Assembly: GCA_965198115.1 (NCBI GenBank)
Contig: OZ240241.1
Span: 5,824,001-5,888,000 of the forward strand
Direction of reading: 5' to 3'
DNA length: 64,000 nucleotides
Source: Candidatus Latescibacterota bacterium
GTDB taxonomy: Bacteria; Latescibacterota; UBA2968
How positions within the stretch are numbered: the first letter of the stretch is position 1; every line of letters begins with the position of its first letter. Below are positions 51,626 through 60,872 of this stretch, piece after piece. The notes under the pieces were generated by a model. It ran no database searches and had not been told where the DNA came from. It saw only the letters and a program-made list of their open reading frames with translations. The translations under genes were made by a program, and so were the position numbers.

Positions 51626-52828
51626 ATGGTGACAAGAGAAAACATCATTCGTAACCCACTGCTCGAAGACATCGACGATCCGATCCTCGCTCGTGCGCTT
51701 ATCGGGTCGACCGAAGAGCTAGCGACCGCGACGCGTCCCGCCTTTCTCGAGAATCCGCACTCACCTGTCACGTGGGGGCCGGAGGATTGGGAGACGCTGG
51801 AAGCCTCACGTGAAGACCTTTTCGACTGGTCATCTGTCGAGGCGCAGTTCGACTTCGACACGTTCCTGCGAGACGGATACGCGGTCCTCCGCGGCGTGAT
51901 GACGCCGGCTACGGTGAATGCGTGGACCGAAGCCGTTCAGTTCGGGCAACGGATCAACGATGCGCTGTTGAGAGCCGACTGGAATGAGATCGATTGGCTC
52001 GCCCTCGGTCGGAATCCTCCAGCGAAGTTTCTTTCGCAAGAGGACATAGAGCGTGCCACCGCGGGCAGCCAGAAGGCACCACAGTCGACTGACGAAGCGG
52101 GTGTCTTGACGCTTCGGATCAATAGTGTGTTCTCAGAGTACTTCCCATCCGGGCACGTCCCGTATCTGATGAACGTGCTGACGCACCCTCAGATGCTGGC
52201 GCTGGAACGTGCGTGCCTCGAGACAGAGGAGATCTATTTCGATCATAACCAGCTTCTGACGCGCCCACCAGGGTATCTCGGCGGAACCTGGCACAGCCAC
52301 CGCATCGGCGCCGGCTACGACGATGGTGTCGTCAGCCTGGAGGCCTATAGATCTCAGCCGAACGCGATTCTGACACTGTGCTATCCTCAAGGGTTCGAGA
52401 GTGAGAACGACGGTGGGCTGAAGATCGTGCGAGGTAGCCATCTATTCCGCGAACCGGACACGTGTCGCGCGCCGAGTGATGAAGAGTTGGCGGCGGGATG
52501 GATGAAAGAGCATCTACACCCCGTAACATCCGAACCATTGGAAATCGAGCACCTTTCGCTGGAACCTGGATCGGTTGTCTGCTGTCTGTCTCACGCGGCG
52601 CACGCAGTATCCCCAAAGGGGACGGATAAATCGACGCGCTGGTGCTCTTTGTACTGCTACAAGAAAGCGGATGTGAGTACTGGGCTCGTCCAACCTCCGA
52701 GCGCGATTCCTCCCGTGTGGGCGATGAAGGCCCAGCGAGGAGAGTTGCCCGGGGTACTCACCAAGTTGCTTCGCCACAGCTTCGATCGCGAGTTGACGGG
52801 CGGTCGAAAACTATTCGACGATGCCTGA
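51626..52828 (+). CDS. Phytanoyl-CoA dioxygenase-like protein (HxH motif)
   Basis: FLRDGYAVLRG, WHSH, GGLKIVRGSH, HAAHAV, RWCSL. Confidence 0.75.
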   Translation: MVTRENIIRNPLLEDIDDPILARALIGSTEELATATRPAFLENPHSPVTWGPEDWETLEASREDLFDWSSVEAQFDFDTFLRDGYAVLRGVMTPATVNAWTEAVQFGQRINDALLRADWNEIDWLALGRNPPAKFLSQEDIERATAGSQKAPQSTDEAGVLTLRINSVFSEYFPSGHVPYLMNVLTHPQMLALERACLETEEIYFDHNQLLTRPPGYLGGTWHSHRIGAGYDDGVVSLEAYRSQPNAILTLCYPQGFESENDGGLKIVRGSHLFREPDTCRAPSDEELAAGWMKEHLHPVTSEPLEIEHLSLEPGSVVCCLSHAAHAVSPKGTDKSTRWCSLYCYKKADVSTGLVQPPSAIPPVWAMKAQRGELPGVLTKLLRHSFDRELTGGRKLFDDA

Positions 52829-52897
52829 GACCCACACCTTTCCAATCCGCAAGCGTCGAGCATCTGCTCCGACTGCCACGGTCTGAACGGCCCATCT

Positions 52898-54907
52898 TTG
52901 TCTATCGCTCCTGAACGATCTCCCTCCACGGCTGACGACGCCTCCCGAGCCGAAGGCACATCCTTCATCACGAAGCGAGCGTTGATCGTTGGCGTCATCC
53001 TCGCCACTCTCATGCCGGTGTGGCCGACGTATACCAGTTTCATCCTCCACTCTACGCGAGCCGATCACTCGCATCTCTCGCTGGCGATGCTCATCCCGTT
53101 CGTGATTCTCTTGATCATCAACACGTTTCTCGAACGTTGGGGGATGGGATTCACCCCGACCGAGCTGTTGACGATCTGCTGCATCGGAATGGTGGCCGCC
53201 GTGATGCAGGGCGAGTTCTTCCTCGTCTGGTTCATGGGTATGCTGACGATGCCGTCTTACTTCGCGTCGCCGGAGAACCGATTCGAAGAACTGCTCCTTC
53301 CACATATGCCGGAATGGACGACGATCATCAACCGCTCGGTCGTTCAGGGGTTCTATGAAGGTATTGTCCCGGGAAGTCCCTTCCCCTGGCCCGAATGGGG
53401 ATCCGTGCTCTTCTGGTGGGGGGCGTTCATCGGGGCGGTGATGACGGTGAATCTGTGTCTCAGCGTCCTGCTCAGAAAGCAGTGGATGGAACACGAACGG
53501 TTGTCGTTTCCGGTCGCGTCCTTTCTGTTGGAGTTGACGGGCGTATCGGGGACGAGCGGGACGCTGATGACGCTCGTAAGGAACAAACTATTCAAAGCGG
53601 GCTTCCTGATTACCTTCGCCATCATCGCCTACAACGTCTCGACCTGGTTCACGATCGCGATGCCGATGATGCCCTTCCTGGCAGGCCGATACGGAAGGCA
53701 CGTGCTGCCCGTCGCTCCGGGTTTTCCCAGCCTGGTGACCACGTTCGTTCTTCTCACATTCTGCCTCGGCTATTTTACGAAGCTGGAAGTCTTGTTCAGC
53801 CTCTGGTTCTTCCATCTGGTTCAGATCGTGCAGGCGGGCATTTTCAACCGTATCGGTGTGGATATGGGAACGGTCGACCCCTGGAGCTCGAGTCATCCGG
53901 CGATCGGTTGGGAGACGTTCGGGGGGATGACCGTCTTTGTGTTGTGGGGATTCTGGATCGCCCGGCCCCACTTCCACGCTGTTCTCCGCAAGGCGTTTAT
54001 GAACGATGAGAAGGTTGACGACTCCGAGGAGCTCATGTCCTACCGGACAACGGTCATCCTGCTCATCGGTTGTGCGCTTTTCATCGTCTTTTGGTTGTCG
54101 CGCGCGGGTATGGACGTGTTGCCGATTCTGGGCTGGTGTTTCGCGATGCTGATTCTTCACGTCGGGATGTCACGGATCGTGGTCGAGAGTGGATTGGTCT
54201 ACCTGCGCGTCCCGATTACCGCGCAGGCGTTTACGTGGCACGCTTTCGGCATCGGGAATCTGGGCCCGGCAAGTGCGACGGTTCTGACGCTGACCAATAC
54301 CCTCGTGAGCGACGGAAAGACCGTTGGGATGACACAGATGGCGCACGTGCCGCGGCTGGGGATGGCGATGGCACGCAAGAGCCGAAAAGCCCTGGCGCCG
54401 GCTGTGCTGATTGGGACGATGCTGGGTGCGTCGGCCGCGATCGGGTTCTTGCTCTACCAGGGGTATTACGGGCCGGGGGCCTCCAATTTCGGAACGGGAA
54501 CCTTCAAGGGTGGGGGTGGCGCCGTGCTGTTCAGCAACATCGCGGTGGGACGCATCCAGGACGGGACGACTGCGACGGACTGGGATCGGATCGCCTGGAT
54601 GTTCGTTGGGGGTGGGTTTACGGCTGGACTCTACTATCTGCGGTATCGATTCACGGGGTTTCCACTCCATCCCATCGGATTCACGATCTGTGGGATGGTG
54701 GAGATGCAGGACAATGCGTTCAGCCTGTTTCTGATGTGGTTCGTGAAACTCATCATCATCAAGGTAGGCGGGTTGGAGCGATACCGGGAGTACACGCCCT
54801 TCTTCATCGGGATGATCATGGGCTACCTCGCGGGAATTACACTAGGCGTTACCGCAGACTTCTTCTTTTTCCCGGGAGAAGGCCACGAGATTCATTGTGA
54901 TCCCTGA
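52898..54907 (+). CDS. DUF6785/DUF6784-like membrane protein, copy 5
   Basis: 669 aa, closest to copy 3; ends GEGHEIHCDP. Confidence 0.8.
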   Translation: MSIAPERSPSTADDASRAEGTSFITKRALIVGVILATLMPVWPTYTSFILHSTRADHSHLSLAMLIPFVILLIINTFLERWGMGFTPTELLTICCIGMVAAVMQGEFFLVWFMGMLTMPSYFASPENRFEELLLPHMPEWTTIINRSVVQGFYEGIVPGSPFPWPEWGSVLFWWGAFIGAVMTVNLCLSVLLRKQWMEHERLSFPVASFLLELTGVSGTSGTLMTLVRNKLFKAGFLITFAIIAYNVSTWFTIAMPMMPFLAGRYGRHVLPVAPGFPSLVTTFVLLTFCLGYFTKLEVLFSLWFFHLVQIVQAGIFNRIGVDMGTVDPWSSSHPAIGWETFGGMTVFVLWGFWIARPHFHAVLRKAFMNDEKVDDSEELMSYRTTVILLIGCALFIVFWLSRAGMDVLPILGWCFAMLILHVGMSRIVVESGLVYLRVPITAQAFTWHAFGIGNLGPASATVLTLTNTLVSDGKTVGMTQMAHVPRLGMAMARKSRKALAPAVLIGTMLGASAAIGFLLYQGYYGPGASNFGTGTFKGGGGAVLFSNIAVGRIQDGTTATDWDRIAWMFVGGGFTAGLYYLRYRFTGFPLHPIGFTICGMVEMQDNAFSLFLMWFVKLIIIKVGGLERYREYTPFFIGMIMGYLAGITLGVTADFFFFPGEGHEIHCDP

Positions 54908-54975
54908 GGTCGGGAGACCAGTAAGAAGGAATCAGGAAATTAGGGAGTTCCCCACATCAGTAGTCCGGTAGCACA

Positions 54976-55162
54976 CCGTTCATCCTGAGTAGACGGCTAC
55001 GAGATACAGGTTCCGGATTCCCACAAAGCGGGCAGAGATCCGTCATATCGAAGGACGAACGGTGGACATTGCCACAGACCGCACTCCCTTCGATATGCGA
55101 ATCAAATTCTGTCATCTGAGGACGGAAACGGATCTCGGATGTCGCTACTCAGGATGAGCGGT
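54976..55162. repeat. Long-loop REP-like doublet (TCATCCTGAG...TCGAAGG / CCTTCGA...CTCAGGATGA)
   Basis: Inverted pair; single relatives at 19880-19957 and 58551-58644. Confidence 0.6.
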
Positions 55163-55217
55163 GCGTCGGTTGTTCGGTCCTTGAGAATGGGAAGCATGGC
55201 ACGGATTCATGGATGCC

Positions 55218-55964
55218 TCACGATCCCAGCCTACTCGTAAAGCTCATCCCCAACACCTCCCTCGCCCTCGCGACATTACAATGCTGATCGGCGTCGGGTG
55301 ATCCGACGACGTGCAGAATATCGAAATCGATTCCCTCCTTCTCGATCGCCAACCGACAGGCCTCTGCGATGTCGTGGCGACAGACCCAACCCATTTCCCA
55401 CGTGCCCGGTTCGAAGGGCGGTCCGTCCTTACCTGAACCAAGCCGGCTGTCGATGATGCTGCACGGTCTCAGAACGACCTGCGACAGGCCGAAGGCGTCG
55501 TGGAATTGCCGACACATTTCCTCCTGTAGCCGTTTGGTGACGGCGTAGAGACTACCGTCGGGACGGCGAACGTCCGCGTTGAAGAACACGCCGTCGGGAT
55601 GCTCGACCTGGCACGATCCGATGTGGACCACGCGGGCGATATCGTTCTGCTGCGCCGATTCCAGGACGTTCCATAGGCCCTTCAGGTTGACCAGGAAAGG
55701 TGCCTCGCTGTCGACGCCGTAGTCATTCGCGTGGACGGCGGCGTGCACGACCGCGTCCATCCCACGGACGACCTCATCGACGTCCCCGTAGTCGGCTACG
55801 TCACCCTCGACGATGCGTCCGGCTGTCCACTCGCCCTCTCGCTTGTTGCCCGATATCCACGCGTCTTGTCCGCGATCGAAAGCCGTGACCTCGTGACCGG
55901 CGGACAGATTCGTTAAAATCGCGCGACCGAGCCAACCCGCTGCACCGAATACGACGATCTTCAT
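55218..55964 (-). CDS. NAD-dependent epimerase/dehydrogenase (uronate dehydrogenase-like SDR)
   Basis: MKIVVFGAAGWLG, VVHAA, YAVTK (YxxxK). Confidence 0.8.
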   Translation of the reverse strand: MKIVVFGAAGWLGRAILTNLSAGHEVTAFDRGQDAWISGNKREGEWTAGRIVEGDVADYGDVDEVVRGMDAVVHAAVHANDYGVDSEAPFLVNLKGLWNVLESAQQNDIARVVHIGSCQVEHPDGVFFNADVRRPDGSLYAVTKRLQEEMCRQFHDAFGLSQVVLRPCSIIDSRLGSGKDGPPFEPGTWEMGWVCRHDIAEACRLAIEKEGIDFDILHVVGSPDADQHCNVARAREVLGMSFTSRLGS

Positions 55965-56002
55965 TGGGAAAATAGGAAATTGTAGAGACCGTAGGAATCC
56001 TG

Positions 56003-57390
56003 GGTCAAGTCCCATAGTCAGTTGAAACTCATCGGGCTCCGTGGTATTCATGCTCTCTGCCGAGCATCTTGATTGTCGCCGAGATTCAGGTTGTTTTTCA
56101 GTGCTTGCCTGAGCAGCGGGAGGTGTTTGTATCCGCTCACGCGTCGCAGGCGTGGTTCGATGTCGAGGAGTGCGGCCGCGACCCATCTGTGTCGCTGAGG
56201 AGAGTTGTTCCAGCGGTTGACCTTCCGTATCAGGTTGCCGGTCATGCTGTTGAGCGCCTCGATGCAATTGGTGGTTCGGAAGCTTCGCTTCAAGAACGGG
56301 AGCATCCCCAGCCGGTGGAGGGTCAGGGTTTCCTCCAGTCCTTCCTCGAGGCTTGCCACGGCAGACTGATTCATCAGCTTGAGTTCGGGTTTGAGTGATT
56401 CGAGTGCGGCCTTTGCCTCCTCGTAGGTGTCGCAGTCATAGGCTTTCTGAAGTTTCCGTCGAACTCTTGGACGTTCTGCCTCCGGGAGGTAGCTGACGAC
56501 GTTCTCGCGCTTGTGCCACTGACAGCGATGCACGCACACATCCCCTTTGAGGGCTTTGGTGACGGCACAGCGGAGTCCCTTTGAGCCGTCCAGCACAACG
56601 AGAAGGCCCTGGTCGTAGCACAGGCCTCTCCGGATGAGATCCTGGATCAGCTGACGGCAGATCCGTTCGTTCTCCGTCGCCGATTCGACGAAGCCCAGGG
56701 GGATCTTCTGGCCGTCCGTCGTGACGCCCAGAGCGATCACGATCTCTTCGTCGGCAAAGCTCTTTCCGTCGATGAACAGGGCGACCAAGTCGTAGTCGTC
56801 GAGCGGTCGTTCCTGGAACTGCTTCAGCTTCTTTGCGGTGGCTTTGATGAACCGTCGCGAGACGGAGGATGCCGAGATTCCGAACGCTTCGGGTACCGAC
56901 TCTGCACAGGCTCTGTAGTTGCGACAGGAGATTCCCTTGAGCACACGAAGCAGCAGCTTCTCATCCATCGCTCTGGGCCTCTGCATCCCCCGGTATGCGG
57001 CCAGAGAAACCTCCGTATCGGACTCGACGTCGCGCACACGGGGAACGGCCACCGGCAGCTTCTGGTCCATCAGATACACGGACCCTTTCTGGCTTCCCCA
57101 TCGACGATGCGACTGCTCTGAACCCTTACGCGCATACCGAACGCCTGCGAGCTGCTCCACCTCCTGCTGGAGCACGTCGGCAACGGCCTCCAGACCCAGC
57201 GGAATCAGCGCCCGGATCACCGATAAACGCGTCTCCAAATCCATAACGTCTGACCCAACCTTGACTTCGCCATCCCCTGCAAATAGCTTCTCCATCGTGG
57301 GCTCCTTTCTTACGGGTACACGCTCTCACACGTCTACCCACAACGTAAGTTTGGAGCCCTTTAAGTTTCAACTAGGATAGGGACCTCACC
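56003..57390 (-). mobile_element. IS256-family insertion sequence
   Basis: IRs GGTCAAGTCCC...AGTTGAAACT / GGTGAGGTCCC...AGTTGAAACT; 8-bp target duplication GAATCCTG at 55995-56002 and 57391-57398. Confidence 0.92.
56048..57295 (-). CDS. IS256 (Mutator) transposase
   Basis: FIDGK, LDGSKGL, RCQWHK, TTNCIEALN. Confidence 0.93.
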   Translation of the reverse strand: MEKLFAGDGEVKVGSDVMDLETRLSVIRALIPLGLEAVADVLQQEVEQLAGVRYARKGSEQSHRRWGSQKGSVYLMDQKLPVAVPRVRDVESDTEVSLAAYRGMQRPRAMDEKLLLRVLKGISCRNYRACAESVPEAFGISASSVSRRFIKATAKKLKQFQERPLDDYDLVALFIDGKSFADEEIVIALGVTTDGQKIPLGFVESATENERICRQLIQDLIRRGLCYDQGLLVVLDGSKGLRCAVTKALKGDVCVHRCQWHKRENVVSYLPEAERPRVRRKLQKAYDCDTYEEAKAALESLKPELKLMNQSAVASLEEGLEETLTLHRLGMLPFLKRSFRTTNCIEALNSMTGNLIRKVNRWNNSPQRHRWVAAALLDIEPRLRRVSGYKHLPLLRQALKNNLNLGDNQDARQRA

Positions 57391-57444
57391 GAATCCTGCG
57401 GCTTGAGATCAAAGTGAACAATTACTGAATTGATAATTCCTGAT

Positions 57445-58455
57445 TTACGCAATTAGATTCTCTGTCCTAACCCAGAAGGGCGACTGACCGACATCGTAGC
57501 TATCGAACCGGGTGAGGTGACCATCCGCCTGGTCGATGTGGTAGGCGTTCATCGTGTTTGCCCCCTCGCCGGCGCAGTAGAGGAACGATCCCGTCGGGTC
57601 GATGTTGAAGGATCTTGGGCTGGCAGGGACCGACACGTGACCGAACGGATCGAGTGAGCCGTCGTCGGCGACGTTGAATCCGACGATGCTGTCGTGTCCG
57701 CGGTTGGACGCGTAGGCCCAACGGCCGTTCTCGTGGACTTCGATGTGAGCGGTGTGACCACCTTCAGTCCAATCAGACGGTAGTGTGGACAGGTGCTGGA
57801 AGATTTCGAGCGTCCCGGTGCTCGGATCCACACGATGTACCGTGACGGTATTGCCCTGTTCGTTGACGATGTAGGCGACATCGCCTTTTGGTCGGAGGCA
57901 GATGTGTCGTGGCCCCGTGTTGTCGTCAGGGGGCAGGAGCTCTGCGGGAGTGTTGGCTGTCAGTTGGCCCGATCCTGCCTCGAACAGGAATTGGGCCGTC
58001 TTGTTGTTCGGGCAGACGTGCGGCACGAAGACGAATCGATCCTCGTAGGACAGAACCGCGTGAGCTTTCTCTCCGGTGTCGATATATTGCAGTTGCTCGC
58101 CGATCGAGCCGTCGGCGTCGAGACGATGCACGGTGACGCCGCCTGCACCGTAGTAACCGGTGATCAGGAACTTGCCGTCACCGGCCGTGATGAGGTGAGC
58201 GGGGATCACATAACCGGTTTGGACCTTGTTGATGAGCGTGAGCTCGCCACTATCTGCGTCCAACGCGTAGCTGGCCAGATCGGTTGAGCCGACGTGGGCG
58301 GAGTAGAGGACCTTTTCGTTCGGGTGCAACTCAAGCGCTCCCGTTGGTCCGTGGGCGTCGCTTGTCGTGCGAAGCTCGAGCGCGCCGGACGCGTCGATGT
58401 CGTAGAGCTTGATCTGTTCGTCACCGGTGAGAGATACGAAGACAACATTGGACAT
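57445..58455 (-). CDS. Lactonase, 7-bladed beta-propeller (6-phosphogluconolactonase family)
   Basis: KAHAV, GPRHI, VNEQ, YASNRGHDSI, PRSFNIDP. Confidence 0.88.
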   Translation of the reverse strand: MSNVVFVSLTGDEQIKLYDIDASGALELRTTSDAHGPTGALELHPNEKVLYSAHVGSTDLASYALDADSGELTLINKVQTGYVIPAHLITAGDGKFLITGYYGAGGVTVHRLDADGSIGEQLQYIDTGEKAHAVLSYEDRFVFVPHVCPNNKTAQFLFEAGSGQLTANTPAELLPPDDNTGPRHICLRPKGDVAYIVNEQGNTVTVHRVDPSTGTLEIFQHLSTLPSDWTEGGHTAHIEVHENGRWAYASNRGHDSIVGFNVADDGSLDPFGHVSVPASPRSFNIDPTGSFLYCAGEGANTMNAYHIDQADGHLTRFDSYDVGQSPFWVRTENLIA

Positions 58456-58725
58456 TGGAATCTCCTTTCGTGAGGGTTCCAATTTAGGGAAACCACGAAA
58501 CACACGAAAGACGTGAACCGGGACCCGCGAACCGGGAAGCGGTCGGAGCGCACCGTTCGCCCTTCGATACAACCTGCCGTGAATCACGGTGTGGGGCTAC
58601 GCGGAGTATGGCTTCCCCGACGAGGTCACCCAGGGTGAACGGTGGTGAAATCGTCTCTATTCATCTGCCTGCCCTGAGTAGGCGCGCAGGGCCGTGCCGA
58701 AGGGTGGTTTCAACCCGGGCTAAGA

Positions 58726-60129
58726 ATGCCTGAAGAAGTCAACTACGCGAGCTGGCCTCAGCACGTCGGGCGGTTCCTCGACATAGGCGATCGCAAGCAG
58801 CTGTTTCTGGACGATGAGTTTCTCGTCGAGCGATCCGAGGGGATCCGATACGTCGTCAACAAACCCACGAAACATCGGGCCAATCCGCTGATTATTCCAG
58901 ACAAGCCGTGGGAGAACGTCTTACAGCACTATGGATCGGTGCTGTGGGATGAGGCCGCATCGACATTCCGGATTTGGCACACGTGCCGGACTACCCGGCA
59001 CGGGAGCGATAATGCCGTGGCCGTCGGCTACGCCGTGTCGCCGGATGGCGTCACGTGGGAAAAGCCCGGGCTGGACATCCTGGACTATGAGGGTTCGACA
59101 GAGACCAACATGGTTCTGGATATGGGGCCCGGTGGTAGCGGAGGCGTATGTGTGCTCGATACGCCTTGGGACGAACCAACAAAGCGTTATAAGATGCTCT
59201 ACAAGACGATCGAAGAGGGCGGAGGCCTCCAAGTGGCCTTCTCGGTGGATGGTGTTCACTGGGAGAAACACACGAAGACAGTGCTCGAAGGGGTTTTCGA
59301 TACGTTCAACGTTGCTCTTTGGGATGGCGATCGCTACGTGGCCTACGTGCGGATCAATCAGAGACCGAGAAAGCGTTTCAGGGCGCTGGGTCGGATCGAA
59401 TCGGAGGATTTCATCCACTGGACGAAACCGACGATCGTCCTGGGTCCCGACGACAACGACCCTGAAGACTCGGATCTGTATACATCTGCGGCGTTCAAGT
59501 ACGACGAAGCCGAAAGAGCCTATTTCATGTTTCCGAGTCTGTTCGATTGGCGGACCGGGCAGCTGACCCCGCAGCTGGCGACGAGCCGAGACAACCTGAA
59601 CTGGCGTCGGGCGGGTAACCGAGAGGCCGTGATTCCGCTAGGGCCCCCGGATAGCTTCGAATCGCAGGAGATTATGGTCGGGGCACCCCCTGTCGTCAAA
59701 GACGACAAGGTCTACGTCTACTATCACGGCGAAAATCGACCCCACTGGAGCGGCACCGGGGCACCGTTCGAGATGGAGAGCGGTATCGCGCTGGCGACTT
59801 ACAGATTGGACGGATTCGTTTCGATCGAGGCGGGGGACAAGCCCTACGGCGGGAGCGTGACGACCATCCCCATCCAATTCTCGGGATCCCGCCTTGAAAT
59901 CAACGCCGATGCGACGTGGGGCGAAATTAGAGTCGAAATTCTGGATGATGCAAATAAGGTAATCGAGGGTTACGAAGTCGAGACTTGCAAGCCGGTGATG
60001 GGCGACTCCGTGCGTCACCGAGTTACGTGGGCGAATGCAAGCGTCGGCAGTCTGATCGGTAACACGGTGAAGTTGCGGTTTTACCTGACGGCTTCGAGAC
60101 TTTACGCGTTCCAGTTCGTTCAACGATGA
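58726..60129 (+). CDS. Beta-propeller glycosidase-like protein (paralog of 43431-44903)
   Basis: QLFLDD, SPDGVTWEKP, SVDGVHW, SRDNLNW, RLDGFVS. Confidence 0.6.
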   Translation: MPEEVNYASWPQHVGRFLDIGDRKQLFLDDEFLVERSEGIRYVVNKPTKHRANPLIIPDKPWENVLQHYGSVLWDEAASTFRIWHTCRTTRHGSDNAVAVGYAVSPDGVTWEKPGLDILDYEGSTETNMVLDMGPGGSGGVCVLDTPWDEPTKRYKMLYKTIEEGGGLQVAFSVDGVHWEKHTKTVLEGVFDTFNVALWDGDRYVAYVRINQRPRKRFRALGRIESEDFIHWTKPTIVLGPDDNDPEDSDLYTSAAFKYDEAERAYFMFPSLFDWRTGQLTPQLATSRDNLNWRRAGNREAVIPLGPPDSFESQEIMVGAPPVVKDDKVYVYYHGENRPHWSGTGAPFEMESGIALATYRLDGFVSIEAGDKPYGGSVTTIPIQFSGSRLEINADATWGEIRVEILDDANKVIEGYEVETCKPVMGDSVRHRVTWANASVGSLIGNTVKLRFYLTASRLYAFQFVQR

Positions 60130-60872
60130 TGCCATTAACGGAAGGATTGCGCATGGCAGACCTGACCGTTCCAGTTCGCTATTATAAAGACTATCCCGAG
60201 GGCTACGACTACGGGTATGAAGATTTGTCGCTTCCGCTCGACACGTGCGCCTTTCTGCTCGTGGATGTGGACGGGGGCTACTCGTTCAAGGACGACGCCG
60301 TTCATCCCACAACGGAAAGATTTATTGCACCCGCGCTGACGGGCGCTCGTCGTTGTGGAATGAAAGTTGCCTACGTGCATAACGATCTTCGTCTGGTGGC
60401 TGATCCCGGGAACATCGCGCTGGAGCTGTGGACGAAAACGAAAATGGCGAAAGGCAACGCCGTAGAGTCGTGGACCAAAGCGCGCGACTACGAACCGAAG
60501 TACGCGGAGTGCGTGGCGCCGAGAGACGGGGAGCCCAACTTCCCGAAGTGGATGTGGAGCGGCTTTCGTGACACGTTTCTGGACACGCGGCTTAGAGGAT
60601 GGGGCATCAAGACGCTTTTCGTCGTCGGATACAGCCGGCGCGCGTGCCTGCATTACACGTGCGCGGAGGCGATGGGGCACAATTACCGCGTTGTTCTTCT
60701 CCGGGATTGCTCAAATCCGCCCGGGGAGATCGAGATGCCCGATACGCTGGACGACAGTCTTCCGGAAGGGGGATGGGTGAACCGTATGATGCTCCGGCAG
60801 TTCGAGCATCTGATCGGGTATACCACGACGTCCGCCGAGTTCGTGGACGCGTGCGGAAAGGTGACGGCGTGA
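60126..60872 (+). CDS. Isochorismatase-family cysteine hydrolase
   Basis: LLVDVD, FPKWMWSGF, VVGYSRRACLHYT (D-K-C triad); overlaps both neighbouring genes. Confidence 0.8.
   Translation: MMPLTEGLRMADLTVPVRYYKDYPEGYDYGYEDLSLPLDTCAFLLVDVDGGYSFKDDAVHPTTERFIAPALTGARRCGMKVAYVHNDLRLVADPGNIALELWTKTKMAKGNAVESWTKARDYEPKYAECVAPRDGEPNFPKWMWSGFRDTFLDTRLRGWGIKTLFVVGYSRRACLHYTCAEAMGHNYRVVLLRDCSNPPGEIEMPDTLDDSLPEGGWVNRMMLRQFEHLIGYTTTSAEFVDACGKVTA

Noticed and set aside
55965-56267. N-terminal extension of the SDR ORF to 349 aa
   Set aside because: The extension lies inside IS256; the Rossmann motif begins at 55964.
31470-58520. ACCACAGA/ACACACG-type low-complexity runs (31473, 32851, 40211, 44941, 58490) as a distinct system
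   Set aside because: Degenerate intergenic simple repeats with no consistent unit or associated gene in the window.
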